Origin: Octopus sinensis
Lineage: Eukaryota
DNA length: 64,000 nucleotides
Assembly (NCBI RefSeq): GCF_006345805.1
Contig: NC_043015.1
Coordinates: 25,978,001 to 26,042,000 of the forward strand
Direction of reading: 5' to 3'
The position numbers and the translations under genes are program-made. The notes below the pieces were generated by a model. The model had not been told where the DNA came from. It did not search any database and saw nothing but the letters and a program-made list of their open reading frames with translations. Shown piece by piece: positions 39,620 through 52,826 of this stretch; the stretch's first letter is position 1, and every line of letters begins with the position of its first letter.

Positions 39620-40615
39620 GCGATAAGAAATTTACACTACCGACAATAACAGACAAGAGGACGAGTATGTCACATTATAATAGTTATATAATCATCTGGA
39701 AAGTAACAATCTACTTCCAGTTGAACAGAAAAGATGCAAGAGGCAAAGTAGGGATCAAAGAAACCCACGTATTTGTTGATAAACTAATAATTAGAAATCA
39801 TAGATGCAAATTGACGGGATTGAATGTAGCATGTTTGGATTATAGAATAAAGCATATGACATGGTATCGCACAGTTTGGTAAATAAAACAATGTGCGAAT
39901 TCGGAATAAGAGAAAATATGGAGAAAAGGGTTAATGAAAGTATGAAACATTGGAATACTGAATTCATTAGAGGAAAACAAAGAATTGGGCAAATGTTGCG
40001 ACAGAAAGTCTCAAGTTGGCTGAGGGAGAATATAAGAACTGGAGGCTTGATCAAGTTGTAAAAGTTGGGTACCAGAGGCTGTGTCAGAAATGCGAATGTT
40101 AAGCTGGAGGTACTTGGTATGATCATCGGGTTGAAAGAGGTCTTCAATTGGAGAAATACAAGATTTTATGAGATATTGCTATTCAAACGGATAAGAAGCT
40201 AGAAAATAATAAACAAGACATAGCAATGACAGACAAGGAAAAACGAAGCTGCTTATTAATTGATCTATCAAGTCTGTTTCATTCCAGGATTGTAAAGAAA
40301 GAAGATGAAAAACAAGCAAAAAATGCAGTTCCTTAAAATTGGAGGCTGTAAGAATTTTGAATATGAAAACTCTATAGACTGTGCATGCAATACCTGGAGC
40401 ATTGGGAACTGTAAATAAAGATTCAGAAGGAGATTAGACTAGAATGCCCTGCTGAGCTTCTACAGAAAGCTTGCTTGTTAGGTACGGGGCTGATTATCAG
40501 AAGACTTCTTTGAACTTGAAAGGTTATTAAAAGATTATGGATACTTAAGGTTACCCACATAAATTCTGCCAGGTATAAGAACGAACCTGAGGCAAACCGA
40601 AATATAATAATAATA
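39620..40615 (+). mobile_element. Internally deleted R4/Dong-like non-LTR element (RT plus restriction-like endonuclease) with (TAA)/(TGA)n tail
   Basis: NLLPVEQKRCKR...VDKLI...ACLDY..AYDMVSHS (RT) and DIAIQTDKKLENNKQDI...CLLID...GALGTV...LQKACLLGT (endonuclease). It ends in TAA/TGA repeats at 40606-40735. Confidence 0.85.
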
Positions 40616-40619
40616 ATTA

Positions 40620-40696
<77 letters not shown>

Positions 40697-41541
40697 AATA
40701 ATAATAATAATAATAATAATAGCAATAATAATAATTGCTTACTGAGTTGGTGAATGTCTAATACATTAATACTTCAAATGTATACCATCGTGTATCTTTC
40801 ATATTCAATGAGCTTTTGCTTTATTGTTATTTAATTTTGCTCTTTCAAATATCGTATTATTAAAGATATTTAATATGTTGATATTTTTACTGTATGCTAT
40901 GGAAATTGATATTGGATTTTATTGCTACACTTTTCTTAAAATATTTATATATTTGTATGTAACGATACATCAATATATAAATTTCATTAATCCGTAATAT
41001 TTCATAAACTTTGAATCCAAACATGAATTTCTGTAATATTCACCTCCAGCCACCTTCCCTTCATTTATCATCCTTATTAATTTGGAAAAGTTTAATTTTG
41101 AAAACGAAACATACCATATCAATGCACATATTTATTGGATGGTCAGAAACTATGTATTAACAGTCTTAACACCTTGTAGTCTGTTGGGTTTTAATATCCG
41201 ACTAGCCAGCCATGAATGCGTATCTTAATGAAGTGTCAAGGGGCAAGTTGATAGATAATCAGCGACACGGTTTCGAGTGACAGCAGGGGTGAATAAATGC
41301 TTTACGTTTTGTTACAAAGGTCATTTGAAAATGAATGAACATCACAAAACCATGTCACCCTTATATACGTTTAAGATTGTGATTCTTGACATTGAGAACA
41401 ACATTTGCTGCATACCGTTATTTTCCTGCCCGCGGCTGTTCGGTGTTATACATTATATACATACATAAACACATACATACAGACATACATAAACACATAC
41501 ATACATACATACATACATACATACATACATACATACATACA

Positions 41542-41574
<33 letters not shown>

Positions 41575-41634
41575 GTGTGTGTTAATAAAATGAGACAACA
41601 AAGTCAAGGCTGTGTGGAATTTATAGGACACTAG

Positions 41635-41664
41635 CTTAAAAGCCGCCCTAGGGCGGCTTTTAAG
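41635..41664. repeat. Perfect 30-bp GC-rich palindrome centred on CTAG
   Basis: cttaaaagccgccct|agggcggcttttaag; the halves are exact reverse complements. Confidence 0.95.
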
Positions 41665-41849
41665 GAAGCTCATGTAAAGGGCTCTTCATTGGGCCTTGGG
41701 CCCAAAAATGACACTCCATGCATTAAGTACATATTAAATTTTAGTGCCAGATCAGATTGGGACTTGGTGCAGCCGCTGGCTCTCCAAACCTCAGTCAAAC
41801 CGTCCAACACATGCCAAAATGGAAAATGGACGTTAAATGAAACAGGAAT

Positions 41850-42290
41850 TTTGTAATATTATTTTATTCACTTACTTCTAGATGTTTACACTTTTATCGT
41901 CTTCAAAGTTTTCTCCATTTGAAGCAATGCATCGGTCCAGACGCGTTTTCCACTGCGATACCGTTTAACGTCTACGTCGTTTTCTCTTCACCTTTTCCAC
42001 ATCTGCAAAATCCGTAGCACCAGCTTTCGTCACCAGTGATGACCTCCTAAAAAATGTCCAGATTAACGTCCAAGTGCTCTTTCAGTTCAGTCGTGACTGC
42101 TGATTTTCCGTAAGCAAGCGAGGCACAAATTTTGCTGCAACTCTTTCCATTCCTCACTCAAAATCCGTTGGCAAGAACTCCTGGACACTAATCATATCAA
42201 TAAGTTTGTCAATTCTTCGGTGATGGTCCACCAAGATCATTTCATGAATTTTCATATTTTCATTAATTCATAGCAAAACTCGACGAACAG
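41850..42290 (-). mobile_element. Internally deleted mariner relic
   Basis: The minus strand gives VITGDESWCY joined to the C-terminal QWKTRLDRCIASNGENFE. Confidence 0.8.
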
Positions 42291-42792
42291 GGTAGAAGCA
42301 CTGCAACACAAAGTCGCACCACGTTGCATCCGACGATGCTGGCCGGCAGACTGGTGCCTGAGGGTCGCATCAGGTGGCTTCTAGCAACGGAAGCCCGAAA
42401 TACAACGGGCTTGTCCCACAGAGAACGTATCCTGTTAGTTGTGGGAACCCCATCGTATGTGTGTGTGCGTGCGTGTGTGTGTATGTGTTTATACTTTTGT
42501 AAGTGTAGATTTTATGTGAGTGCGCGCTTTTCAATCATCCGTTTTGTGTGTTCTGGTATATGGCATCAATCAGGAAAAAATATTTGGCGAAATCCTTGAA
42601 GTGATGTGATAAGGCAAAATATACTCCATTTGTGTCCGAAACTGTCTTCTCTGAAATGAGATACCTTCAATTTAATGTACAGCAGCGACATAGCAAACTT
42701 TTAAATAATGATCAATAATAACGCTGGATATTTCATTAGTCAAGTCTAACTGAGACAATGTAAGTTGTGCACATATTTGTATCTATACACAT

Positions 42793-42825
<33 letters not shown>

Positions 42826-43000
42826 TATATGTGTGTGTATGTGTGTGTATATGTGTGTGTGTATATATATATATATATGTATATGTATGTATATATTTGT
42901 GTGTGTATATATATGTATATATATATATATATATACATATTTATATGCATATATCTACGTATATATATATATAATATATATATATATATACATACATACA

Positions 43001-43031
<31 letters not shown>

Positions 43032-44559
43032 GTAATCATGAAAGTATGTATGTGCATGTGCGTAGATGAGTGTGTGAATGCGATTCTTTGCGTGCGTGTG
43101 TGTGCATGTAAAATATGGCGCCTGGGGATGTAATAGAATACCATTCGGAATAAATCAATTTCTAATCATTTCAAATTTGACAAGAGCCAGTCGCTATTCA
43201 GCTCAGTGTCTCTGACAAACTACTTTTCATGGGAACATATACGTGTGCATGTATATATGTATGTACGTGTGTATGTATGCATGTAAGTATGTGTGTATGT
43301 ATGTATGTATGTATGTATGTATGTATGTATGTATGTATGTATGTATGTATGTATGTTTGTATGTATGTATGTGTCTACGTATGTAGGTATGTGTATATGT
43401 ATGTCTGGGTGTATGTATGCCTGTATGTATGTGAGTATGTATGTAGGTATGTGTGTATGTACGTATACATGTATGTTTGTATATGTATGTGTATGTATGT
43501 GTGTACGTATGTATGTGCGTGTGTATGCATGTATGTATGTATATGTGTATGTATATGTTAATAAATGTATGTATCAATGAATGTAGCTATATGTCGAAGT
43601 GTATCTGCGCGTGTGTATTGCGTAAGAGAAAATGTTTGTCAACCATCTCTGTAACACTTTAAAAGCGCACGAACCAAACTGGAGGCACAGCCCTCTTTCT
43701 TTCTCATTACCTTAACTGCAACCAATTTTTTGAGTCCCTTATCAAGAAGCAACTCTGATAATTTTGTAGAATTCTTCTTTTCTCATCTTCAATAACAATG
43801 TTTTTCTGAGTAGCATTCTCAGAGAAAAATCTTCAATTTTCCCTCTCAGCTTAGTATCAGGCTCCACATTGTACATAATTTGCACTACACCACTAGTTCT
43901 ATCCATTTCCACTGCCACCACCACCACCATTCCATCAATCTTTAAACTATTATCCGGAAGTGGCTTATATATAAGGGAGCTGTTATTGTGTATATATAAC
44001 AAAAAGTGTATATAAGCCGAAACATTTTGTTGGCTTTTTATTTTTTAATAATTGTTTATGTTATATAATATTATGTTATATTATAGTCAAAGTATATCAT
44101 GTTATATTGTAATATAAATAAATTATTGGATTGTCAATAGTATCTCTCTATTTAATTTATCTTTGTAATTGCATTATACCAATATTTATATGGTATTCAA
44201 CTGATGTACCAGGGAATTGGATCTTTTTCTCAGTTTGTTACTTTATATATATACACTAAATGCGAAATTACTTCTTCGTTTGAAATCTACAGACATCATC
44301 ATTCATTTCCTTTCACTTAATAATCCTCCAATTATATTGGATTCGAATTTTGCGTATACAGCCAGCAACTTTTCGGAATAAGTCGATTAGATCGACTCCA
44401 GTGCTTGACTGATACTTATTTTCGCCCGACGAGCTACCGATTCTGCCACCGCACCGCCTTATTCTTCTACAATATTGTCGCGAGTTAGGTTCAATATATA
44501 TTCACGTTATACTCATCAAGCCCTTCAATATCTCTCTATGTATAGAGACACTCCCCTAT

Positions 44560-45000
44560 TGATATACACTACGTGTGAATAGATAGCATGGTATAGTGTC
44601 TTCCATTGTGAATAAGCGTACCTGCTCTGACTGTCCAATCACACTTCCAATTGATCAAAGGTAACATTGACTTTCCCAAATACTTTGAAGCGGTTTCTTT
44701 CCTTGGTGACTATAAATAAGATTCATTCACCTCAAGAGGAAATATATCTATCAATCATCTTGAGTAAAGACATTAACCTGCATCCTGTGCGGTTTCTGAT
44801 ATTTTTGAGGTTCACTATAGCTGTCAGTGGCTCATCATTGAATAGAAATAAGATGGGTCCGTGGCTAATGCAGACAAGTATAGGAGGAGAATTGAGCTTT
44901 AGACATGTGCCACACCAGTGTTCCAGTAGGTATGCCTTGATGTCACATGGACCAGTGTCTCTGCTTAGGGATGAAATAGGCTGTGATGGCTAGACCGCAA
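44560..45000 (-). mobile_element. Highly decayed LINE RT fragment
   Basis: The minus strand has GPCDIKAYLLEH (resembling the K..GPD.I....LK motif) with downstream RT-like remnants. Confidence 0.4.
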
Positions 45001-45731
45001 GAGTTAACATTAAATGAACCGGCATAACTGGACGAGACATCAATCCTACTTTCGCAAGTAAATTTAGAAAATATCGGGTTCTGCTATAGAAGTCCAAAAC
45101 GTCTAACCACCGATGCCTGTAAGCATTGCATAAGATGACAGATAATTCTATGAATAGACCCTCTGTGAATACGACACTTGTGACATAAACACCTGTATAA
45201 ATGATTATAATATGTTTCTCAGCATATGAGATGCTATGCAGCGTGCACAAAATCTTTAAATCAGGGAATCTTTGTGTATAAATTCGAAGATTCATTAACC
45301 AATAAAAAATATTACGTTGAAAAGAAACAACTCCCATTTGATACCAAGATGTACTAGAAAAGCACAACTGATCAGCGTTTAGACTCAGTACAGGTAACAC
45401 ATCTGCACATCACTGTGATACATTTCTAAGTCTGGCAATTGAATTAGTTTGCGATTGGGAATACAAAGCAGTCGAAACCACATTTTCGAAGAGAACCATA
45501 TGTTCAACGCTCCGTAGAGAAGTACACCTTTCTCTCCTTCCTACACTTATATATCCATATACGTTAGTGTATATAAATCTGCATGCATATATACATACAC
45601 ACGTGCACACACAGATATATTTGACAGAAATTAAATTTAAAAGTTGAATTGAAAAGCAATAGCTTTTGTTTCAGCACACGACTCAGATCAAGTCACTTGC
45701 CATGCAAGTACATCTTCGTAATATCTATCTG

Positions 45732-45844
<113 letters not shown>

Positions 45845-45862
45845 TCCTGTATATATATATAT

Positions 45863-46270
45863 AGGCGCAGGAGTGGCTGTGTGGTAAGTAGCTTGGTTCC
45901 GGGTTCCACATGGTTCCGGGTTCAGTCCCACTGCGTGGCATCTTGGGCAAGTGTCTTCTGCTATAACTCCGCGCCGACCAATGCCTTGTGAGTGGATTTG
46001 GTAGACGGAAACTGAAAGAAGACTGTCGTATATATGTATATATATATATATATATGTATGTGTTTGTGTGTCTGTGTTTGTCTCCCTAGCATTGCTTGAC
46101 AACCGATGCTGGTGTGTTTACGTCCTCGTCACTTAGCGGTTCGGCAAAAGAGACCGATAGAATAAGTACTGGGCTTATAAAGAATAAGTCCCGGGGTAGA
46201 TTTGCTCGACTAAAAGCGGTGCTCCAGTATGGCCGCAGTCAAATGAATGAAACAAGTAAAAGAGTAAAGA
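45863..46270 (+). mobile_element. Full-length family-A tRNA-derived SINE with internal (TA)n
   Basis: Head ggcgcaggagtggctgtgtggtaag (A box) and gggttcagtccc (B-box-like), a central TA tract, and tail gcggtgctccagtatggccgcagtc...(aaagagt)n. Confidence 0.9.
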
Positions 46271-46288
46271 GTATATATATATATATAT

Positions 46289-47400
46289 ATGGCTCAAATA
46301 TTCTCTAGTTTCACTGGTCCCACTCCCGAACTATACGGTCGTTACATTGACGACATTATCGGTGCCACCTCACTCTCCCGTGAACATCTAGATTCTTTCC
46401 TCTCTTTCGTTCAATCCTTCCATCCTGCCCTCCACTTCACCTCCACTATCTCCTACACCTCTGTCTCCTTCCTCGACATTTCGGTCAGCATTCATCACGC
46501 CGCTCTTACCACCTCCATTCACTACAAACACACAGACTCACGCTCATACCTAAACTTCTCTTCCTCCCACCCCAAACACACCAGGCTTTCCATCCCCTAT
46601 TCCCAATTCCTCCGTCTACGTAGGCTCTGTAGTGACGACCATGACTTTGAGACTCAGTCTCAACTTATGGTTCGCCACTTCATCCTACGTGGATTTCCCC
46701 TCACCACTATCCACACCGCCCTTGCCAGAGCACGTTCCGTAGACTTTGCATCTGCTCTCTCCCCCCGAACCCACCCTGCAGTCTCCCGCCTCCCTTTTCC
46801 CCTCACTTACCACCCCACCACCCTACCTCTCCAACGCACCATTCTTCGAGCTTTCCGGCATCTCCAGTCCGACCCGTCCACTTCACACCTCTTCCCTAAC
46901 CGACCCCTCCCTTCTTTCAAACGAGCCCATAACCTACGAGACCCCTTGGTCCATAGCTTCTTCCCTGATCCTACCTCCCAACCTGGCTCGTTCCCCTGCT
47001 GCTGCCCACGCTGCAGCACTTGAATTTACCTCTCCAACACCACCCTCCTCACTGGCACCCATCATCGACCCTATCGCATCATCCACTCCTTCACCTGCAC
47101 CTCCAGCAATATCATCTATTGCATCTCCTGCTCTCTCTGCCATTCCCTGTACATCGGATAAAAGGGACGCCGCTTGGCTGACCGGTTGGCGGAACACCTC
47201 CGAGACATCCGCCTCGCCAACGACACACCGGTCTCACGCTATTTCCGCTCCACCGGTCACTCCTTGCAACACCTGTCTGTGTTCGGATTGTCCATGCACA
47301 GAGGCCATCCGGTTCCCGTTTGCGCCGTGAACAGGGATTAATCTTCTCTCTTCGCTCTTTTACGCCATTTGGTCTCAACTTTCCCCCCGTTTTCATCTAC
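46289..47400 (+). pseudogene. PLE reverse transcriptase + GIY-YIG endonuclease ORF, disrupted
   Basis: RYIDD, VSFLD, HYKHTDSRSYL..SSSHP, PCCCPRCST*, FTCTSSNIIYCISCSLCHSLYIG*KGRRLADRLAEH and REQGLI...PFGLN. It has two premature stops and one frameshift. Confidence 0.92.
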
Positions 47401-48043
47401 CCCACCTTTTTTTTTTATCTAACCTCCCCCCCCCCGACTCCTAACCCTCTTCAGTCCTTCATCTTTTCACCCCTACTCTCTTTCCCACCTCTTCCCTCTT
47501 CTTCTTTCTTCTTCCCTCTTCCCCCTCTCTCTTTCTCTCTGCTCCCCCCTTTCTCTCCCCCTCCTTTCCCTTCCACTTCCTCTCCTCTCCCCTCCTCCTC
47601 TCCCTCTCTCTTCCTTTCCCCTCCCCTTCCCCTTCCTTCTCCTCTCCCTCCTTCCCTCTCATCTCCTCTCTCCCCTCCCTCCCCCTCTCACTCTCCCCAC
47701 ACCCTACATGGGCTTTCCCCACTCTCACCCCCACCTCCCCACAACATCACACCACACTACACTACACCATACGACATTACACATCACATCATACATACAT
47801 ACACACGTCCAGACCACCAGCCCTCTTTCACATGCACATACATACTCTCTTATGCACACATGCACCTTCATGTTGGGGCGAGGTCACTTGACCCTGTTAT
47901 CTCCCCTACTATCCCTCTAGCGTCTAACGTCTGACCTCTAACGTTTGGCCTCCGATCTCTGACTTCTCCTGAAATCAGAACGCCATGTTGGATCGTTGGC
48001 CCCTACACGCAATTTTTTTCTCTCCTTGTTTACTTTCTGTGTA

Positions 48044-48081
48044 TCTTTCTATCGAAGAGCGTAGGCTCGAAACGTAAAAGA
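48044..48081 (+). ncRNA. Minimal hammerhead-like motif with degenerate core
   Basis: UCUUU-CUAUCGA-A-GAGC(guag)GCUC-GAAA-CG-UA-AAAGA. The stems are intact but core positions G5 and A6 are altered. Confidence 0.65.
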
Positions 48082-49083
48082 CTTGTTTTATTTCTATTCC
48101 TGAGCGCCATACTAATACATTGTTTGATTGTACTCCACCTGCCTTCGTCTTTGTTTATTTTCGTAAACCTTCCCGTTATATATATATATAAATATATATA
48201 TATATATTATATATATATATATATATGAGTAAATGTATGTATCTGTGCTTGTGTGTGTCTAGATGTGCATATATGTATACTTGTATGCAAATGTGATTTG
48301 GGAGAGAGAGAGAGAGAGAGAGAGAAACACATGAGAGGAGAAGGATTTTAACATTATTTTCTTGAACCCTGGAGCTCATAAAAATATTTCGCCGGTTTCC
48401 AAGGTATGCAATCAATCCAGAGGTTGCTGGATCGGTAGCCAGCAAATTTCTTTGAGGGGAGGGTCTTGACTGGTACTTTATTTTATCCAGCCCCAAAACC
48501 AAGAAAGGCAACTTTGACTTCGGTGGTATTTGAAGTCAGAACGTTAACAGACGGGAGAAATGTGGCAAAGCACAGAAAGAATATAAAGTAAAATAGCTTT
48601 TGTGATTACACTGTCAACAGAGGGAGTATAAATTTAAAGCTAACTTTATTACATGTGAAGAAGATAGAAAAAGAAAAGAAGAAACAGAGTGGAAAAGAAA
48701 TGAGGTAGAAAGAATATGGACGTTTTTAAACAAATAACGAATTTGTAACTCAACGTAAGTTGATAGAACCGACTTCAAGAAATCAGGGTTAATCGAAGAA
48801 GAATCCATGAGATTCATCAGTTCCACAAGAACAGAAACTAACAACCGTGAACTTTAAATGAACATAACTAATTCTGAGGGAACTGGAATGAATGGCGTAA
48901 GAGACTAGGTCAGAGTGGTCCAGAATGAAAACTTCAACGCATACAGAAATAGATAGAAACCTTAACATAAAGTTTCTGGGATTTTGATGATGCACACACG
49001 TGGTGAACTACACGCATACACAAACGCATGCATGCACATGGGTGTGAATGAGTGTGTTTGTGTGTATTGACGTGCACACAAAC

Positions 49084-49166
<83 letters not shown>

Positions 49167-49167
49167 C

Positions 49168-49234
<67 letters not shown>

Positions 49235-49744
49235 ATCCATATGTGTGTGTGTGTACAGAGACTAAGAGATAAAGAGGCAGAGACTACACGGAAGTCTGCC
49301 TTAAGATATCCAGTAAAAAACTCAGTATAAATTATCCGATACTTAAAAAGTGGATGTTGTTTTATAAAAGCAATGACACTAACTTTTTTGCTCAATGTAG
49401 AAGGATTTACTTTGTATTTCGTTGTTTCCCAATACAGAGAACAATTTCTTTTAACTATTCCCTTGATGTCATCTTACTACACTAATCAGTTTTCCTTGGC
49501 TTGCTTCTAAGTGTTTTTTCTAATTCTACTATTGTAACATAGTACTAGTTTTCTTATTTTTTAGACACACAATCACACAGAAATGCACGCAAACACACCA
49601 CACGCATATATATATATATATAATATATATAATCTAATATATATATATATATTATATATATAATATTATATTATATTATATATTATATATTATATATACA
49701 CACACAACGTACACAAAACCACACAGCAGTACATATTCTTTTCT

Positions 49745-49956
49745 TTCTTTTTTATTTTCTTGTTTCAGTCATTGACTGCAGCCATGCTGGAGCACCGCCT
49801 TTAATCGAGCAACTCGACCCCGGGACTTATTTTTTGTAAGCCCAGTACTTATTCTATCGGTCTCTTTTGCCGAACCGCTAAGTAACGGGGACATAAACTC
49901 ACCAGCATCGGTGTCAAGCAATGCTAGGAGGACAAACACAGACACAAACACATACA

Positions 49957-49960
<4 letters not shown>
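49745..49960 (-). mobile_element. 3' half of a family-A SINE, cut at its internal TA tract
   Basis: Reverse complement of 46070-46265. It is followed by (TA)n and a PLE instead of the SINE head. Confidence 0.88.
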
Positions 49961-50001
<41 letters not shown>

Positions 50002-50005
<4 letters not shown>

Positions 50006-50676
50006 AGAAAGTTGGTTTGTGAAAGCACGTGGTTGAATATATAGAAAATAGTTAAAAGTGAAAAAACTACAGAAGCTTGTTTTAAAAGGTAAAAAATATA
50101 TTTGAGTCAATATGTCTGAAGAATATTATAAATTTTTTCTTACAATGACATAGTTTAGAAGATGACCGGTTTCGCGTTCAGCTTTTCAATTCCTTACATC
50201 GTTATTTTATGTTGAGAAGAGTTATCGTTAGTTTATGTTGAAAATAGTTCTAGATAAGGGGAGGTAATAAGTGATTTCTTCCGGGTTGTAAGGAGATAAT
50301 CGCTTAAAAATTTTTTGCCTTTCCTTTGGGGTGAATTTCTCCGCATAAGTATGTTGGAATGGTCAAGTCTGGGCTTGTACTTTTCAATGAAGAATGTTTC
50401 CTTTAAGCTATTATCTCCCTTACACCGGAAGAAATCACTTATTACCTCCCCTTATCTAGAACTCTTTTCGACATAAACATAACGATAACTCTTCTCAACA
50501 TAAACATAACGATGTAAGAAATTTGAACAGCTGGACGCGAAACCGGTCATTTCTTCTAAACTATGTCATTGTAAGAAAAAAATTTATAATATTCTTCAGA
50601 CATATTGACTCAAATATATATTTTTTAACCTTTTAAAACAAGCCTTCTGTAGTTTTTTCACTTTTTACTATTTTTC

Positions 50677-50683
<7 letters not shown>
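50002..50683 (-). mobile_element. 5'-truncated PLE with an inverted pLTR copy
   Basis: Arms 50037-50306 and 50402-50683 are imperfect inverted repeats. The spacer on the minus strand encodes LKETFFIEKYKPRLD (GIY-YIG C-terminus). Both arms carry GAAACCGGTC hammerhead-like motifs, and (TA)n flanks both ends. Confidence 0.85.
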
Positions 50684-50736
<53 letters not shown>

Positions 50737-51371
50737 ATATATATATTATATATATATACATATGTATATACATGTACGAGTGTGTATGTGTATTCTGTAC
50801 AAGTATATTCGGTGTGCAACAATGGTTTATTTTGAATAAATATTTGTCAGTTGTCAACTCTAGATTTTCGAACCCCAATGGAAACGTGTACTAATGTGCC
50901 ATTTTCCTTCTATATTGCACTTTATGTTTTATTTCTTTTTTATATATTTTGTACTTTCCTTGTCAATTATGATTCTGATTTCTTTCATGATATACGGTTG
51001 TTATTTTTTTCCTGTACATAATTACTGGTATCAGGTAATAACTCTTTTCCATCGAATGTGTAAATGGGGAGGTTTTTTTTATACATTATTGCCAATGTAA
51101 CTACCACTTCCTCAGCAGTTATCAATCTCTCTTGCTACATCTAGGAAAGCATATCTCCTACTCTGCCTCTTCTTCTCTCTCTCTCCTTTCTCTCCCTACC
51201 ACTCTTTTTCTTACTACGACGATAAAAATGTCAGTCGTTATGTCTTTATCACTCTTATCAATCTTTATTTTACTCATGTGACTAATTAGCTTTTTTCTAA
51301 CTTCCACTACCAAGCATCTTCGCCATTTCTTCCCCACACATCACAGCCGGACATACGTCTATCTATCTATC

Positions 51372-51427
<56 letters not shown>

Positions 51428-51742
51428 ACACACATATAAATACACACACACGCATTCTTTATTCATTTATTCGTTTACTTGCTTCAGTTATTTTACTGCG
51501 GCCATGCTGGAGCACCGCTTTTAGTTGAACAAATCGAATCCAGAACTTATTCCTTGTAAGTCTAGTACTTATTCCTGGTCTCTCTTGCCGAGCCGCTAGG
51601 TTACAGGGACGTAAACACACAAACATCAGTTCTCAAGTGATGGGGGTGACACGCAAGACACACACACAGAAATATATATACACACTACAAATATATATAT
51701 ATAAATATAATATATATATATATTATATATATATATATATAT

Positions 51743-52595
51743 ATGATCCGGTTCTTGACTGAAGATTGAAGGCTTCGAATGTTCCGTCCGTGTTTTTTGT
51801 ATCGTCTTCTAAATGTTTTCGTTCTTGTCCAGTTTGTATTTTTTTACATTTACATATATATATACATATACGACGTACCCTTTTTGGTCTTATACGTAAG
51901 TATATATTCTTTAACACATGGTACGACTCTACAACACTGTCTCTCTCCCCCTCTCCTACATTTCTCTGCCTTTCACACTTTGCACTCCACTTTGATCTGT
52001 CTCTTTCTCTCTCTTTCTCTCTCGCTCTTCTCCTTTGTTCCTTGTTCCCCTTCTTTCTCTCTTCATCTGTCCCTCTTTTCCTCTCTCTTTCCCTCACACG
52101 TGACTAGCCTCTTCGTGGTCAGCAGCCGTTGCGGCAAGACACACTTTGTTGTCTCTCTGTAGCCCTAAGGCTTTTATCTAACGCCAGCTCAAAAATCTAC
52201 TCGTCCTGTCGAAAAGACGCTCGTCTGTGACGTCCTGTTTTTGTTGTTATTATTATTATCACTATTGTTTTTACGTATTTTTGTATTCTTATTCGTGTCA
52301 TCATTATTGTTTTTACGTATTTTTGTATTTTTATTCGTGTAACATCGTCCGGTTTTCCGTCCTTGTTTTGTATACATTCGAGGCTTTCTTCTAAGGAATC
52401 TAATGCACTTGGCTTAGATTTTCCTTTGGGGCTGGCCAGATCGGAGCAATCTCAAGATTAATCAGCCGAAATTGCGAAGATGATCCGGTTCTTGACTGAA
52501 GATTGAAGGCTTCGAATGTTCCGTCCGTGTTTTTTGTATCGTCTTCTAAATGTTTCACGTTCTTGTCCCAGTTTGCATTTTTTTACATTTACATA
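51743..52595 (+). mobile_element. Non-coding PLE-like remnant with ~115-bp terminal direct repeats (partial tandem pLTR)
   Basis: atgatccggttcttgactgaagattgaagg...tttacatttacatata occurs at 51743 and 52480. The interior is C/T-rich and the flanks are TA tracts. Confidence 0.7.
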
Positions 52596-52601
52596 TATAT
52601 A

Positions 52602-52746
52602 TGTCGTAAGAAGCTTGCTTCCTAACCATAAGGTTTCGGTCCACTTCAACTGCGTGGCAACTTGGACAAGTGTCTTCTACTATAGCTTCGGGCCGAGCAA
52701 AGCCTTGTGAGTAGATTTGGTAGATGGAAACTGAAAGAAGACCCTC

Positions 52747-52788
<42 letters not shown>

Positions 52789-52792
52789 TATA

Positions 52793-52826
<34 letters not shown>

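Larger units (their letters stand above)
46289..48177 (+). mobile_element. 5'-truncated Penelope-like retroelement (Neptune-type) inserted in (TA)n
   Basis: Contains the RT C-terminus, a Cys linker, a GIY-YIG domain, a C/T-rich 3' region and a pLTR with a hammerhead. (TA)n lies on both sides. Confidence 0.93.

Noticed and set aside
43940-44020. ETS-like ccggaagt followed by tatataag, considered as a promoter
   Set aside because: Such short motifs are expected by chance in AT-rich DNA and there is no linked exon.
45863-45940. tRNA-like A/B boxes
   Set aside because: They are SINE heads with no cloverleaf, not tRNA genes.
46746-47934. Ser/Pro-rich ORFs of 194 and 204 aa
   Set aside because: They are alternative frames of the C-rich PLE ORF and its C/T-rich 3' region.
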